A stretch of DNA of 64,000 nt from NCBI RefSeq assembly GCF_035084215.1, contig NC_090333.1, forward strand, positions 76,818,001-76,882,000, written 5' to 3'. Below are positions 26,042 to 39,700 of the stretch, one piece after another (within the stretch, counting starts at the first letter, position 1; each line of letters opens with the position of its first letter). The position numbers were made by a program, and so were the translations under genes. The notes beneath the pieces were generated by a model. That model made no database searches. It was not told the origin of the DNA and worked only from the letters and a program-made list of their open reading frames with translations. The DNA comes from Heptranchias perlo (taxonomy: Eukaryota).

Positions 26042-27779
26042 ACTTATTCTGGATTTCCCCACCAGCAGAAATAGTTTCTTTGCATTTACTCTATCAAAAT
26101 CCTTTATCATTTTAAACACCTTAATTAGATCACCCCTCAACTTTCTAAACTCGCTTAGTTAGTGTCTTAACTCTGGACAAGATTGAACACATTTTCACTT
26201 TTTTAGAAAGAAAATATCAATCAGGGCAGTGTTAAAATCTACAAGTTGGATTTCATGTTGCTTTATAACTTGACCTGGAAAATTGGAATTGGTCCAGTAC
26301 TGCTAAGCTTATGATTTGTTGAAGATTTTATTCATTTTGCATTACTGCTTAATGCGTCCAATTCATGGATATTGAGGGCGGAAACTCGTCTCTTTCCCTC
26401 TGACTTTGACTTAGTTACACACTGTCTCTCATCCCTGTGTATACAGGTCCATTTACACTGTAGTTCAAAATCAATGAATCATTAACTCAGTCACCAGTGT
26501 TGGCAATGCCGTGGGTGGCAATTACCACCAAACTTTCCCAAATTGAAATAGAATGCCCACAGAAGCATCATCACCAATGTTTATTGAGTGGAACAGGTGC
26601 AGTGTGTTACTGTCACGTGCTGAGTCGACCCAGGACACTCGCTGCTCACCTGAAAATTGACTGTTGGTGGTTTATTTAAAGTGAGATCCTGCAGTGGCAA
26701 TCCTTTTCCAGTAGGAGGTGTGCATGTACCAAAAATATTTCCTAACACTCTTCTCAAATTATTATTCTGTGACAGAAATCCACTTAAAAATGTTAGGATG
26801 GAAAGATGTGATATTGCTTCCAGGGATTTATCCTGCCTTCTGTTTACTCTTTCCCTCTTTCATGCTTGAAAGTACAGATAAGTCGATGATTTCCCTTGTT
26901 CTGATGGTTGTGATTTACCCCGGGGTACAGTTCCCCAGGTACCAGCAGTCCCTGTGGTACTTGGTGTGTGAGCCTAAACAATGAGTGCCATTAGTCCGTG
27001 ACAGGCATCACAGCCAAGCCAGATGCTGTCTTCACCTCATGTCCACAGACAAGCACTTGCTCTAAGACTAGTGATCAGGATGACTAACCCCAGGCTCGTT
27101 TTTGTGTGCCTTTACCCACCGTGCCTACTGAGGAGCCTGTCATTCAGTGTTTAAATGCTGATTGCTGGTTCCAGCTTGGTTTCAATGATTCAATTCTATC
27201 TTGTCTGGCTAAATGTTGGTCATTTCAGTAAGGAGTGATGCAGTAATTTGCAAAGTGATGTGATCAGTTGGTACCTTGAGTGCAGTCTCCTGATGAGTTC
27301 TGCTGCTAAAAATATTCCTGTTAATTGAGGAACTTTAATTTCCTTCATTTCTCTTAGTTGAACGAAACCCAATCTTTGGAAATTGTGTCTAGTCTGAGAT
27401 GACATTTCCATTTACACCATCAAAAAGAGCTCTTGCACTAATTAGACTCTCAATATGGTAGATATTATGAATATGTTTGCATCAGTTGGGTTTCGTGCTT
27501 GGTTTGGAGAGCAGTAGGAGGAACTGAGAAGCTAAATCAAGACTGTACAGATTGCTTCTTAAACCATGTCATGGTCTGCAGTCAGAATTATATAAAAACA
27601 AATGTACTTGAGATTGAGTTTCTGCAGCAAGTCCTGATCTGAGAATACTTCCTATTTTTGATATGATGACCACATCAACATCTGAAGCCCTTAGATTTAG
27701 ATCTAGGGGAGGTGCAAATTACTTTAGTATAGGTTTGCCTTTCTAGGTTGTACCTGGTGGCGAAGAATCATCATTCAGA

Positions 27780-27970
27780 TCATAGAATCATGGAATGATA
27801 CAGCACAAAAGGAGACCATTTGGCCCATCATGCCTGTGCTGGCTCTTTGAAAGAGCTATCCAATTAGTCCTATTCCCCTGCTCTTTCCCCATAGCTCTGC
27901 AAATTTTTACCCTTCAAGTATTTATCCAGTTCCCTTTTTGAAAGTTACTTTTGAATCTGTTTCTACCATC
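27780..27970 (-). mobile_element. CR1 3' UTR tail fragment
   Basis: catagaatcatggaatgatacagcac...ctttccccatagctctgcaaa...cttcaagtatttatcc. Confidence 0.8.
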
Positions 27971-30944
27971 CTGCATGAAACAACCCTGGGTGTTTGACTC
28001 ATGCCCATTAATGATCCTGGCTTGTACTCCTAGAAAGACCACATGGTTCAAACGTCTAATAATTATTACTTTGTGTATTATTTTTGTGAACTTGAAGTTT
28101 CTTGAGAAAGCTTTCTATCGTAAAAGTACACCAGACATTGAGTTTCGAGGGTGCAAATGACAATGGGCTAGTGGAACAAGAGAATGCACGAATGTCCTTT
28201 TATAAATTTGCAGTGAAAGTTAAGTACTTGATAACCTAAAGGCGTTTGTAGGTGATACTATGACTGTAACGTTATGTGACAAATATTTAAGAAAAACAGG
28301 GTAGCATCTAACATTACCGACAGCCTCAAATGGAGTCTTGATTTATTCCCCTGCGGTCTTTTCTTAAAAAAAATTATGAAATTCAAGTGAGACGATCCGA
28401 CAGCGAATCAGCCTATCTATTATGTAATTGGTTTCCATGCAATTAAAACAAATTGGGGGGGGGGGGGGGGGGGGAAATCAAAGTAAATACAAGTGCAGCA
28501 AAGTACGTACATGAATTCATTAAATGCGGCCATGCAGGAGTAGTAATGTGAAAAGTGCACCAGAAAAACGGAAGTCGGGCTGACTGCAAAGCATAAACAA
28601 AAATGAAAGACTGCAGAAAATCTGCCAGGCAAAAGAGCTGGCAACCATCACTGGTGGAAAAGCATCAAATTGGCAGTGAGATAATCAAGGGGATTGGAAA
28701 GGAGCAGTAAAGTAGAATATCAACAAACCAAAGTGCCTTCCAAACAGAATTCCACCTCCGCCCATTGAGCAAAAATCGCGATCCCTCCCTTTCCCCCCCC
28801 CCCCCCCAACCCCAGCTTAAGTAGATTGACCGACTGCAACTCCACTCCATTCAATGGAAAAAAGATTGAGGACTGAACACCACCAGTCAACTGAAGAAAA
28901 GCTCTCCTTACCCAGTCTGGCCTATATATAACTTCTGTCGCACATCAACGTGGTTCAAATGATCAAACTGCCATGGCATCATTTGAACTTATGTTCTCTG
29001 GATTGCTACTCCAGTAACATAACCACTAGGCTACCATATCCGAATGCTCCTTAGCTCGCGACAAATTGTTACTCAGTATTGACTGTTTAAAATTTAAATT
29101 CGGGATGCAGTACAGCAGCCCAGACTTTTTGGAGCTGGGGTTGGATGCAGAAGTCACAGCTGGTGAGTGGCTGCGTATGATTTTGATAACCACCGCCCCA
29201 CACGGGAAATGCCAGCCCCACTGAGACTAAAATCTAAGTCCCCGTGCGCACCAAAAAGTTAGCTGCCCCCCCACCCCTGTGAGGCTTGACATTTTAGCAG
29301 GATTCAGTATCTGCCTGGAGGACTGCTAAATGCCGATGCCCAACCATTTCGGAATCCACCCATCAGGGAGCAGTCCTTCAGGTCCAGGAAATTCTAAGAA
29401 TTGAGACTGAGCAGAAATGGAAATTGGCTTGGAGCACAAGTGCACAAAATTGAATGGAATTTACTGGGGCTTTGTTGCACAAATACTGCAGGATAATTAG
29501 CAGTGAGATCAGGAAACACTTTATTGCACACAGTGGAAATCTGGAACACTTTTTTTTCCCCTCAATGGCTGGATGCTGGGCCAACTGCAATTTTCACGAC
29601 TGAGATTGGGGGAAAAAAATGTTTTCAGGTAAACTATTATGGAACAAAAGCGGGTAAATTGAGCTGAAGTAAAGATCAGCCAAGATCTAATTGAATGGTG
29701 GAAGAAGCTCGAGGGACTGAATGGATTATTCCTGTTCCTTTGATCCTTTTATAAGTTAATGAGCCTATGTATTGCATCATCTGGCATTGACTTTTCGTGC
29801 TAGCGTTTTCTTTGGGCTCATGTTGTACAAACTGCTGCATAGGACAATAGTTGTATGACTTCACTCCTGCATAGCCTGCAGTCACTTAAAATTACCACAT
29901 AGTTAACAAGAAATGGTTTACGTTTTTTCATCGCGGTGGAATAAAACAGTCAATTGTGGTATGTTGGATCTAGAAACGTTTTGCAGTCCTTAACCGAATG
30001 ACTGGACATGTGTCGTAAATTTTCTGGTGGCATCCGTTGCCCACTGTGTGTGATATTTGCACGTTGTAGTGCAGTTTGATTTTTGATATTTTATATGTAA
30101 ACTGCATCACTCGTTATGCCTTAACTTGCATAGCTATACAGAATATGAGTTCCAATTTTGGACTTGTGACTTGCCAAAAATACTTAATTCCTGCGTTGAA
30201 CTTAATGCCTTGACCACTGGTTTGGTGGCTCAGAGTTATGTTAAATTGAACTGCTCAGATTCCTTCAAAACTTTCCAGCAACGTAATTTATTTCCATGTT
30301 TTATGTAAAATTAGATTGAGCTGTTTTAGCCTTGATATGCATGGCAACAAAAATGTTTTTTTTTTCCAAATGACTGGTTAAACTCACTTCAGTACCAAAG
30401 ATGGAACATATCCAAAAATTATTTCTGGTTTGAAGTGGCAAAACAATGCTGTAGGGCAGAGGGTAATCAGTTTGTTTCAAACTGTAGGTTATTGCAGGGT
30501 TTTTTCTTCTCAACTGAAGAAAATATAATCCTGCTTACGAGGCGGAGACTAAGGGAAATTTATTACAGTGCTTCTTCGGTCGTAACCATTCCATCTTTTA
30601 TTGTGGTTTTTCCGATTAAGTTTGGTTCAGGACTGTTAAGAATATTGCTTCCTGCCAGTGCACTTGGTTCCAGAGATAAAAAGAAAAAATGGCTCAGTTG
30701 ATTAAGGCAGGCTAGTTAAGACTGAGCAATACAAACCAGTAGGGTCTTAAGTTGGATCCCCAATTCATGTCATGTTAATGAATCTCAGCCATGGGGTTGT
30801 TACAATTAACATTGGCGTCCCTAGTTTGGGGTTGGGAAGATTGGCCAGGATTCCTAGCCTGATTATTATCCCGGGACTCTTGCTGGCCAGTAACACAAGA
30901 TCATTAAGTGGCCAATTGAAAAACAATTTGATTCTTGAGTTTTT

Positions 30945-33845
30945 TTTTATTCGTTCATAGGATGTGGGCGTCGCTAGCAAGGCCAGCATTTATTGCCCAT
31001 TCCTAATTGCCTTCGAGAAGGTAGTGGTGAGCCACCTTCTTGAACTGCTGCAGTCCGTGTGGTGAAAGTTCTCCCACAGTGCTGTTAGGAAGGGAGTTCC
31101 AGGATTTTGACCCAGCGACGATGAAGGAACGGCGGGATGGTGTGTGACTTGGAGGGGAACGTGCAGGTGGTGTTGTTCCCATGCACCTGCTGCCCTTGTC
31201 CTTCTAGGTGGTAGAGGTCGCGGGTTTGGGAGGTGCTGTCGAAGAAGCCTTCGCGAGTTGCTGCAGTGCATCCTGTGGATGGTACACACTGCTGCCACTG
31301 TGCGCCGGTGGTGAAGGGAGTGAATGTTTAGGGTGGTGGATGGGATGCCAATCAAGCGGGCTGCTTTGTCCTGGATGGTGTCGAGCTTCGAGTGTTGTTG
31401 GAGCTGCACTCATCCAGGCAAGTGGAGAATATTCCATCACACTCATGACTTGTGCCTTTATAGATGGTGGAAAGACTTTGGGGAGTCAGGAGGTGAGTCA
31501 CTCAGCGCTGGATATCCAGCCTCTGACCAGTTCTTGTAGCCACAGTATTTATATGGCTAATCCAGTTAATGTTTCTGGTCAATGGTGACCCCCAGGATGT
31601 TGATGGTGGGGGATTTGGCGATGGTAATGCCGTTGAATGTCAAGGGCAGGTGGTTAGACTCTCTCTTGTTGGAGATGGTCATTGCCTGGCACTAGTCTGG
31701 TGCGAATGTTACTTGCCGCTTATCAGCCCAAGCCTGGATGTTGTCCAGGTCTTGCTGCATGTGGGCTCGGACTGCTTCATTATCTGAGGGGTTGCGAATG
31801 GAACTGAACACTGTACAATCATCAGCGAACATCCCCATTTCTGACTTTATGATGAAGGGAAGGTCATTGATGAAGCAGCTGAAGATGGTTGGGCCTAGAA
31901 CACTGCCCTGAGGAACTCCTGCTGCAATGTCCTGGGGCTGAGATGATTGTCTCCAACAACCACGACCATCTTCCTTTGTGCTAGGTATGACTCTAGCCAC
32001 TGGAAAGTTTTCCCCCTGATTCCCATTGACTTCAATTTTACTTGGGCTCCTTGGTGCCACACTCAGTCAAATGCTGCCTTGATGTCAAGGGCAGTCACTC
32101 TCACCTCACCTCTGGAATTCAGCTCTTTTGTCTATGTTTGGACCGAAGCTGTAATGAGGTCTGGAGCTGAGTGGTCCTGGCGGAATCCAAACTGAGCATC
32201 GGTGAGTAAGTGCCGCTTGATAGAACTGTTGACGACACCTTCCATCACTTTTCTGATGATTGAGAGCAGACTGAGGGGGCAGTAATTGGCCAGATTGGAT
32301 TTGTCCTGCTTTTTGTGGACAGGACATAACTTGGCAATTTTCCACATTGTCGGGTAGATGCCAGTGTTGTAGCTGTACTGGAACAGCTTGGCTAGAGGCG
32401 CCGCTAGTTCTGGAGCATAAGGCTTCAGCGCTCCAGCCGGGATGTTGTCGGGGCCCATAGCCTTTGCTGCATCCAGTGCACTCAGCCGTTTCTTGATATC
32501 ACGTGGAGTGAATTGAATTGGCTGAAGACTGGTTTCTGTGGGGATGGTGGGGGTATCGGGAGGAGGCCGAGATGGATGATCCACTCTGCACTTCTGCACT
32601 CTTTTACACTCACATGCTGGACTCCGCCATCATTGAGGATGGGGATGTTTACAGAGCTTCCTCCTCCCGTTAGTTGTTTAATTGTCCACCACCATTCACG
32701 ACTGGATGTGGCAGGACTGCAGAGCTTTGATCTGATCCGTTGGTTGTGGAATCGCTTAGCTCTGTCTATAGCATGTTGCTTCTGCTGTTTAGCATGCATG
32801 TCGTCCTGAGTTGTAGCTTCACCAGGTTGGCACCTCATATTTAGGTACGCCTGGTGCTGCTCCTGGCATGCTCTTCTACACTCCTCATTGAACCAGGGTT
32901 GATCCCCTTGCTTGTTGGTAATGGTAGAGTGAGGAATATGCCGGGCCATGGGGTTACAGATTGTGCTGGAATACAGTTCTGCTGCTGCTAATGGCCCACA
33001 GCACCTCATGGATGCACTGTTCTGAGCTGCTAGATCTGTTCTGAATCAATCCCATTTAGCACGGTGATAGTGCCACGCAACATGTTGGATGGTATCCTCA
33101 GTGCGAAGACGGGACTTCGTCTCCACGAGGACTGTACGGTGGTCACTCCTACCAATACTGTCATGGATAGATACATCTGCGACAGGTAGATTGGTGAGGA
33201 CGAGGTCAGGTAGTTTTTTTTTCCTCGTGTTGATTCGCTCACCACCTGCCTCAGGCCCTGTCTGGCAGCTATGTCCTTCAGGACGCGGCCAGCTCGGTCA
33301 GTAGTGGTGCTAATGAGCCACTCTTGGTGATGGACATTGAAGTCCCCCACCCAGAGTACATTCTGTGCCCTTGCTACCCTCAGTGCTTCCTCCAAGTGGT
33401 GTTCAACATGGAGGAGGACTGATTCATCAGCTGAGGGAGGGCGGTGGGTGATAATCAGCAGGAGGTTTCCTTGCCCATGTTTGACCTGATGCCATGAGAT
33501 TTCATGGGGTCCAGAGTCAATGTTGAGGACTCCCAGGGCCACTCCCTCCTGACTGTATATCACTGTACCACCACCTCTGGTGGGTCTGTCCTGCCGGTGG
33601 GACAGGACATACCCAGGGATGGTGATGGAAGAGTCTGGGAAGTTGGCTGAAAGATATGATTCTGAGTATGGCTATGTCAGACTGTTGCTTGACTAGTCTG
33701 TGGGACAGCTCTCCCAATTTTGGCACAAGTCCCCAGATGTTAGTGAGGAGGACCTTGCAGGGTCGACTGGGCTTGGTTTGCCTTTGTCGTGTCCGTTGCC
33801 AATGGTCCAATGCCGGGTGGTCCGTCCGGTTTTATTCTTATTAAT
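30945..33845 (-). mobile_element. Family-B non-LTR retrotransposon, near-complete APE-RT ORF with frameshifts and poly(A) tail
   Basis: [100 protein letters not shown]; T-run at ~30940-30950 is the poly(A). Clade uncertain. Confidence 0.92.
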
Positions 33846-34487
33846 TATTCCGGCAATGTAGATGGGAGCCCATGCTTTGCATGTCTGCTCCGAATTACTA
33901 CTGAAGCTCCTTTTAGGCAGTTGCTCATGTGGTCTGGAATCAGGGGACTGTTGAGCATAAGTCTGCCCTATCCCTTTAATCTACTAAATTGGGCTTTTAG
34001 CCAAGTGGCAGAATTGTAGACCCATGGGGGCCTGTATTCTGCTCTGGAATAAGAACGACATTTCGCAGTGTAAAGGCAGGATGCCTCTTCAGGTGCTCAG
34101 GCCTCCCGGAATACAACTCAAACAAGTGCTGGTATAAAAGGCTTCATTGTATAATTTATGCATTTTCGTGCATGAGTTGGAAAGTATAAATTTACTTGTC
34201 AAGACTCATGGAAACAGATAGACCCAACCTCATGGGGTTGGGGGAATTCCTGATTGTCCAAAGGAATGGGCTGGTAGGATAAAGAAGAAATGGCTCTTAG
34301 CTCTCTAGGTCTTTGAGAGGTTAAGGGAAAAGGAGGTGTTTTCAGTCCACTAAACCTCAAAACCAGTGATCAAACCATTAAGTACAACATAAGAATTAAG
34401 TATTTTTTTTGCAGGTCACGAGACAAAAGTTGGAACTCAGTAATCCAGTGGACTAAATCATATTCTTTATAGTTGAGACATAACGAG

Positions 34488-34912
34488 TGTTAGCGTGGAT
34501 TTTGGACTGTTGAATTAAAGGCAATGATGAAGTGACTGATGGGTACATAACAGTGGCATTTACCCTAAAACCACACTGAAATGCGCTTTGTGTAGATTAG
34601 ACTAACCTTAATTAAAGGCTTAAATATAACACTTGACTACTAATAAAATGGACACTATTAAAACAAAATGGATTCTATTAACAAAGGGACACGATTTTTA
34701 TTTAATCGTGTCCCTTTGTTAATAGAATCCATTTTGTTTTAATAGTGTCCACTTTATTAGTAGTCAAGTGTTATATTTAAGCCTTTAATTAAGGTTAGTC
34801 TAATCTACACAAAGCGCATTTCAGTGTGGTTTTAGGGTAAATGCCACTGTTATGTACCCATCAGTCACTTCATCGTTGCCTTTAATTCAACAGTCCAAAA
34901 TCCACGCTAACA
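34488..34912. mobile_element. Foldback / MITE-like palindromic element (209-bp arms, 7-nt loop)
   Basis: 34488-34696 is the reverse complement of 34704-34912 with two mismatches by my count; ends TGT...ACA; flanking direct repeat acgag (34483-34487, 34913-34917). Confidence 0.88.
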
Positions 34913-35989
34913 ACGAGTGCGGCAGGTTACATGTAAAATATCAAAAATACCAAAACGTGTCTTCAGAAAGTTGAACTGGATATGGTTGCTGATTGAAAAT
35001 CCCCAAAATTTCAAGACGTTAAACATGTAGTAATCAATGAATTAATTGAAAAAAAACTGCTCTTCAGAGGCTTGTGCAGTTAGATTGGTTGTATAGTTAA
35101 AAGATCACAACGTGTGTGTAACGCTATCAATTCATGAATTAAAATGACTTGTGTTTAAGCCAACAGTTGTCAATCCAGCACGTGAATTTGTAGTGGGTTT
35201 AAAAAGTACCACTCCTGGAGGATGCATTCAAAGTAACTTGGCCCAGGTTCTGTGGTTGCTGAATCATTCAAGTGAATCTATTTTGGTAAATTGGATGTTG
35301 TCGTCATTTGTGTGCAGTGGCTGGGACTTAATAATTGCTGGTCGTGTTGATCAAGGCTTCTAATGAGACTTTGTGACTGATTCTGGAGTTTTGGTGGGAA
35401 GTGGGGGGGTGTTTAGCGGGAAGAGTAAGTTAGCTTGTGAGTTAATCTTCAGTTGGGTCAGATGCAGTCTACTGTACCTGATTTGCTCACAGATACCTTA
35501 CGATTGCTGAAATCCTTGTACCATGGTTAAATCAGGAAAATAGTCTCCATATATGGAGACCCATTCCTATTGGGTACAAAGGTTCATGGCTACTTGAAAA
35601 TGCAAACAAATCAAAAAATTCTGATGAGTTTTGAAGTGGAAGGATCACGGCTGAATTTCAACGTTCTTTTTGAGGTCGTCCACCTTAAACATGAAGTCAC
35701 ATTCCAATACAGAAGCAGTTGGAATCTATCCCTTTCTTTAAGCTACATGCCCTCACCGTGCTGGTAGTTGTTAATTGCCTGCAGAGGAAAGGTGGACGAG
35801 AGAGTTCTTCCTTGCTGCACATGCACACTTCCTAATGTATTGTTGGAGGTCTGAGAGGAGACTCCAGGCACAAAGATGGCTAACTTAGCATAGCCAAGAA
35901 ACAAGGAAGATAGTGAATTGAATCGGTAAACTCAGCAAGATAAGTAAAACTGTGAAACTGTGGATTTTTGGTTACAATGATCATGGCTG

Positions 35990-36325
35990 CCCTTCTACAA
36001 AAATTTGATAAAAGAGAAAGCACGAAGACATGGCAGAAGGGTCGGTAACCGAATTTAAGGTGATTGGCAAAAGAACGTGAGGTGACTTGAGGAAACCTTT
36101 TGTTACGCAGTGAGTTGTTATGATCTGTAGTGCACTGCTGAAAGGGTGGTGGAAGCAGATTCAACAATAACCTTCAAAAGGGAATTGGATAAATACTTGA
36201 AGGGAAAAAAATTACAGAGCTATGGGGAAAGAGCAGAAGAGTGGGACCAATTGGATAGCTCCACCAAAGAGCCAGCACAGGCATGATGGGCCAAATGACC
36301 TCCTCCTGTGCTGTATCATTCAATG
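35990..36325 (+). mobile_element. CR1 3' fragment
   Basis: aatttaaggtgattggcaaaagaa...ggataaatacttgaagggaaa...gatgggccaaatgacctcctcctgtgctg. Confidence 0.85.
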
Positions 36326-37505
36326 ATACATGGCCAAATTATCCCAGCATGAGATTTGATGCAAACCTCATGTATGAGAAGCATCTCGTTAGGATGAGTC
36401 GTTGAACCTGGAGGGCATCTGAGAAAGTCATGGAATGGCCATCTTAAAAAGACTGTCTTCTGAAGAAGTAGTTTCGTGGCAGTAATAGCAGATTGGCTAC
36501 CAATCAGTCTCTTTTGAATGGAAGGTAATTATCAGCAACACCATCATTTTCATCACATTTTTTTTCCCCACTTTGAGAGATATTACCTCAAGCTTTTAAA
36601 GTCTGGGCTCGCAACTGTGATTGGGGGGGGGGAGGGGATTGGAATGCAGTACTGAGTGAATTTACAGAGCAGAAAGATGATGATTCTGAAACTGAGCTAG
36701 GCTTTTTATTTTATAAACCTAAAATATAGTTCCCATTCTAGAACTAATGTAATGCGGATGTTTTAATCCTTCAGTACTTGATTCGCTTCAAAAACCTTGT
36801 TGCAAAGCAGAAACATTATTGTCACAGAAAATGTGTACGTTGCTTACTAAGAAGTTTTAAGCTCTCCAATGTTTGTGACTGTTGCAGAAAATCTTTTTTT
36901 AAAAAAAAGCGATTGTATCAGTATTTTGCAACAGATTACTCAGGCATTTGGGGAATTTTTCAAGTGATAGTGGGGAATGAGAGTGCACTTTTTTACTTGT
37001 TTTTCTTCAATAAATTTGGCTGTTTTGACCACTGCAATTTGCAAATTAGGATAATGAATCCTAAGGGAATTATTATGTCCAACTATTATGCCGTCAGAGG
37101 TTACAATAATATGCACAAAACATACTGTATACTTGAAGATGGGTCTTTGATGTAAATAAATCTTTGGTACATTGGTTTGCAGCTCGTGTTTTTTGTTTCG
37201 GATTGAAAATCCACTTTGGGCGTTATGGATGCTTAATCTCAGCTATTGCCAATAATCTCAAATGCATAGATTTGAACTAAGATGCTTTTCAGTCAGATTT
37301 TATTGGATCAGTTTTTTTATTAATGTTGTGATGGGCTTGTTTTTTTAGCTAATTTAGATTAACGCAAGTACAGAATGGTCCAGATTAATTAGATCTTTCA
37401 TAGAACCCCCTCAACATCTGTAAATCGATGGACTGAGGGTACAGTTGTTGTATCATAAAATTGTGTTTGTTCAGTGATGCTTGCCTGCTTTGTTCTCTGC
37501 CTTAG

Positions 37506-37720
37506 GTCAGCCTATTGTGGTTCCTCAGCCTGCAGTGGTACAGCTTCAGCCCCAAGGTCTTCTTAATTCCCACCCAGTTATAAACATTGTTGGTGGATCC
37601 AGCCACATTAGCACAGTTCCAGTGAGTGCGAACAGCAGCACGATGAATGGAAAATCTCCTGTGACAAAAACTGTCATCCCAACGCCTGTACCTGCTGGAG
37701 TCAGCAACAAGAAGTCAGAT
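37506..37720 (+). CDS. ATF6: ATF6-alpha coding exon (equivalent to human exon 7, ends just before the bZIP basic region)
   Basis: Acceptor tttgttctctgccttag|, donor |gtaagt; 215 nt, phase 1 to 0. Translates GQPIVVPQPAVVQLQPQGLLNSHPVINIVGG...MNGKSPVTK...KSD versus human [32 protein letters not shown]...VNGKLSVTK...GSD. Confidence 0.93.
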
Positions 37721-38169
37721 GTAAGTTTTACTTTCTTTTGTGCTCTTGGGAGATCTTTGGAATACTCTGTTTTCTTTGATCAATTCTGTAGCTGTTGTCA
37801 TTTATTGGTGAGGCAGGTATGGTTTGAGTTTAACTCCTGCAGATGCATGAAGCTGCAGCCTGTGAACCATCGCAGTCTGTCCAGGCAGCTCAAGTTATCT
37901 TGGTGTTTATATTTTTTTATTCATTTGAGGTTTGTCCTGTTTGAATTTAGTGGGCCTGGAGGACTGATATTAGCACTATTGCCTTGTTGCTGAATAAATC
38001 CTAAGTAAGAACAGGAAGATCTGGTACGATCTGTAGCTTCAGATAAATGCAAATTAATATAATGTTGATTTAATCCAAGCATGTGGCTCTGATACATTAG
38101 ATACCATGTTTGTTTGTTGGCTGAAACGCAAACACCTTTTTTTGCTACGATTCTGTGATTTCAATCTTT

Positions 38170-38306
38170 TGGACTCGAGGGGAATCAAGGAATATGGTGA
38201 TCGGGCGGGAAAGTGGAGTTGAGGTGGTAGATCAGCCACAATCTTATTGAATGGCGGAGCAGGCTCGAGGGGCCGTAGAGCCTACTCCTCCTGTTTCTTA
38301 TGTTCA
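38170..38306 (+). mobile_element. CR1/HE1-type 3' tail
   Basis: Matches 9750-9885 (ggaatcaagg...gatcagcca...aatggcggagcaggctcgagggg). Confidence 0.8.
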
Positions 38307-39199
38307 TAAATCTTCCCCACGTGATAGTAATTCACTTCATGCTAGGACACCTGCCCAGGTCCCAGTGAGGCACGGTACTGCTGCCTGGAGGTTGCAGGAG
38401 TCTCGAGGTTGCTGCCCCTCCCTGCCTACGCTTGCCTAAAACACATGAGAGGTGGGTAAAGAGAGAAAAAATGAGAATCAAAAGAATTTTAAGAGGAAAG
38501 TTAGGGCAAACAGAATGGAGGAGATGGGGGAAAGGGAGAGTTAAGGAGGAGAGGCGAATGCGTGAGAGATTGTGAAGGACGTGGGGAGAGGCTCATGCGA
38601 AAGAGAGAACAAATGGAAATGAGAGGAACAGGAATGGAAATGAATGACATAATTGGCATTGTCCAAGGACTGCTTTTAATCATGAACTCTGCCTGACTCA
38701 TGTGATTTAATCAACTGTGTCACACTTATCAGTTGTGACACATGTGATGTTCCCATGGTAAGTAAATCAAAGAACTGTGGTGTTTTTAATGCATTCTTTT
38801 TTTAGATTTGTGTTCTGGAAGTTTGTGTGTTCCGATTTACAAGTTTTTTTTCGTTTAGCAACCTTAAGTACTGAGTTATTTTGATTGAACAGATAGTAGT
38901 AAGAAAATTATTATGCAATCTCAAATAAAATATGGTGTGTCAGCAGGTGCATTTACGCGACATCTATCGTGCTGATGTGAAGCGGCTTCCCTTCGCAGTT
39001 GTAGTGTAGATGCAACCTGAACCTAGAGTCATGGGCCCGCGAAGCGGAGTTGGTGCTGGTTGGCGCTTTAACTCCTAATTTGCACTACGCAAGTTTAATG
39101 TCGGTGTGCAGTTAAAACCACTCTTCATGCGACTAAGTTTGTAGTGAAAGAGGCTCATACTTCCTTCATAATCTGTCAGCATTTCACAAGGTAGATATG

Positions 39200-39700
39200 G
39201 ATGAGGTCAGGCTTTTGACCATTTCAGCTTATCCATCCAGAAAGAACTTCTGGTCTCCCCATCACGACATGCAGCATTTTCTGAAATTATACCAAGGTTT
39301 TTGCCTCCACTTGGAAGTCTGATCCACATATTGATTACTTTTTGTGTAAACACGAACTTGTTCACATCAGTCCTAAATTTGTCTTTCACTCGTATTGACT
39401 CGTGCTCCCTTGTCCTCTTTCAAGATTGAGTTTGAAGTCATGTTTTGGATTCACCTTTTCTATCCCATTTACCATCTTGAGTACTTAAACAGAAACTTAA
39501 GCTGAAAAGCCTAAGTTTCTGCAACCTTTCCTTATAACTCAGTTCCCTGACACTAGGAATCACTCTCCTACCTCTCTTCTGCACTTCGTTCAGGCACTTT
39601 GTTGTGTCTTAGTAGCAAAATTCAAGACATCTGACCAAAGAACTGCACAGTTTGAACATCACTTCTGCTGATTTGTACTTGGCTTGGCGATATAATTCAG
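39200..39700 (-). mobile_element. Old CR1 3' fragment
   Basis: KFRTDVNKFVFTQKVINMWIRLP resembles the CR1 C-terminal FFTQRVVNVWNSLP motif. Confidence 0.65.

Noticed and set aside
37481-37993. 170-aa single-exon ORF
   Set aside because: Only 37506-37720 is exonic; ATF6 similarity ends at the gtaagt donor.
38716-38745. Short hairpin tgtgtcaca...tgtgacaca (and similar ones near 36350 and 41165)
   Set aside because: Stems of 9-11 bp are expected by chance in 64 kb; no snoRNA or miRNA hallmarks recognised.
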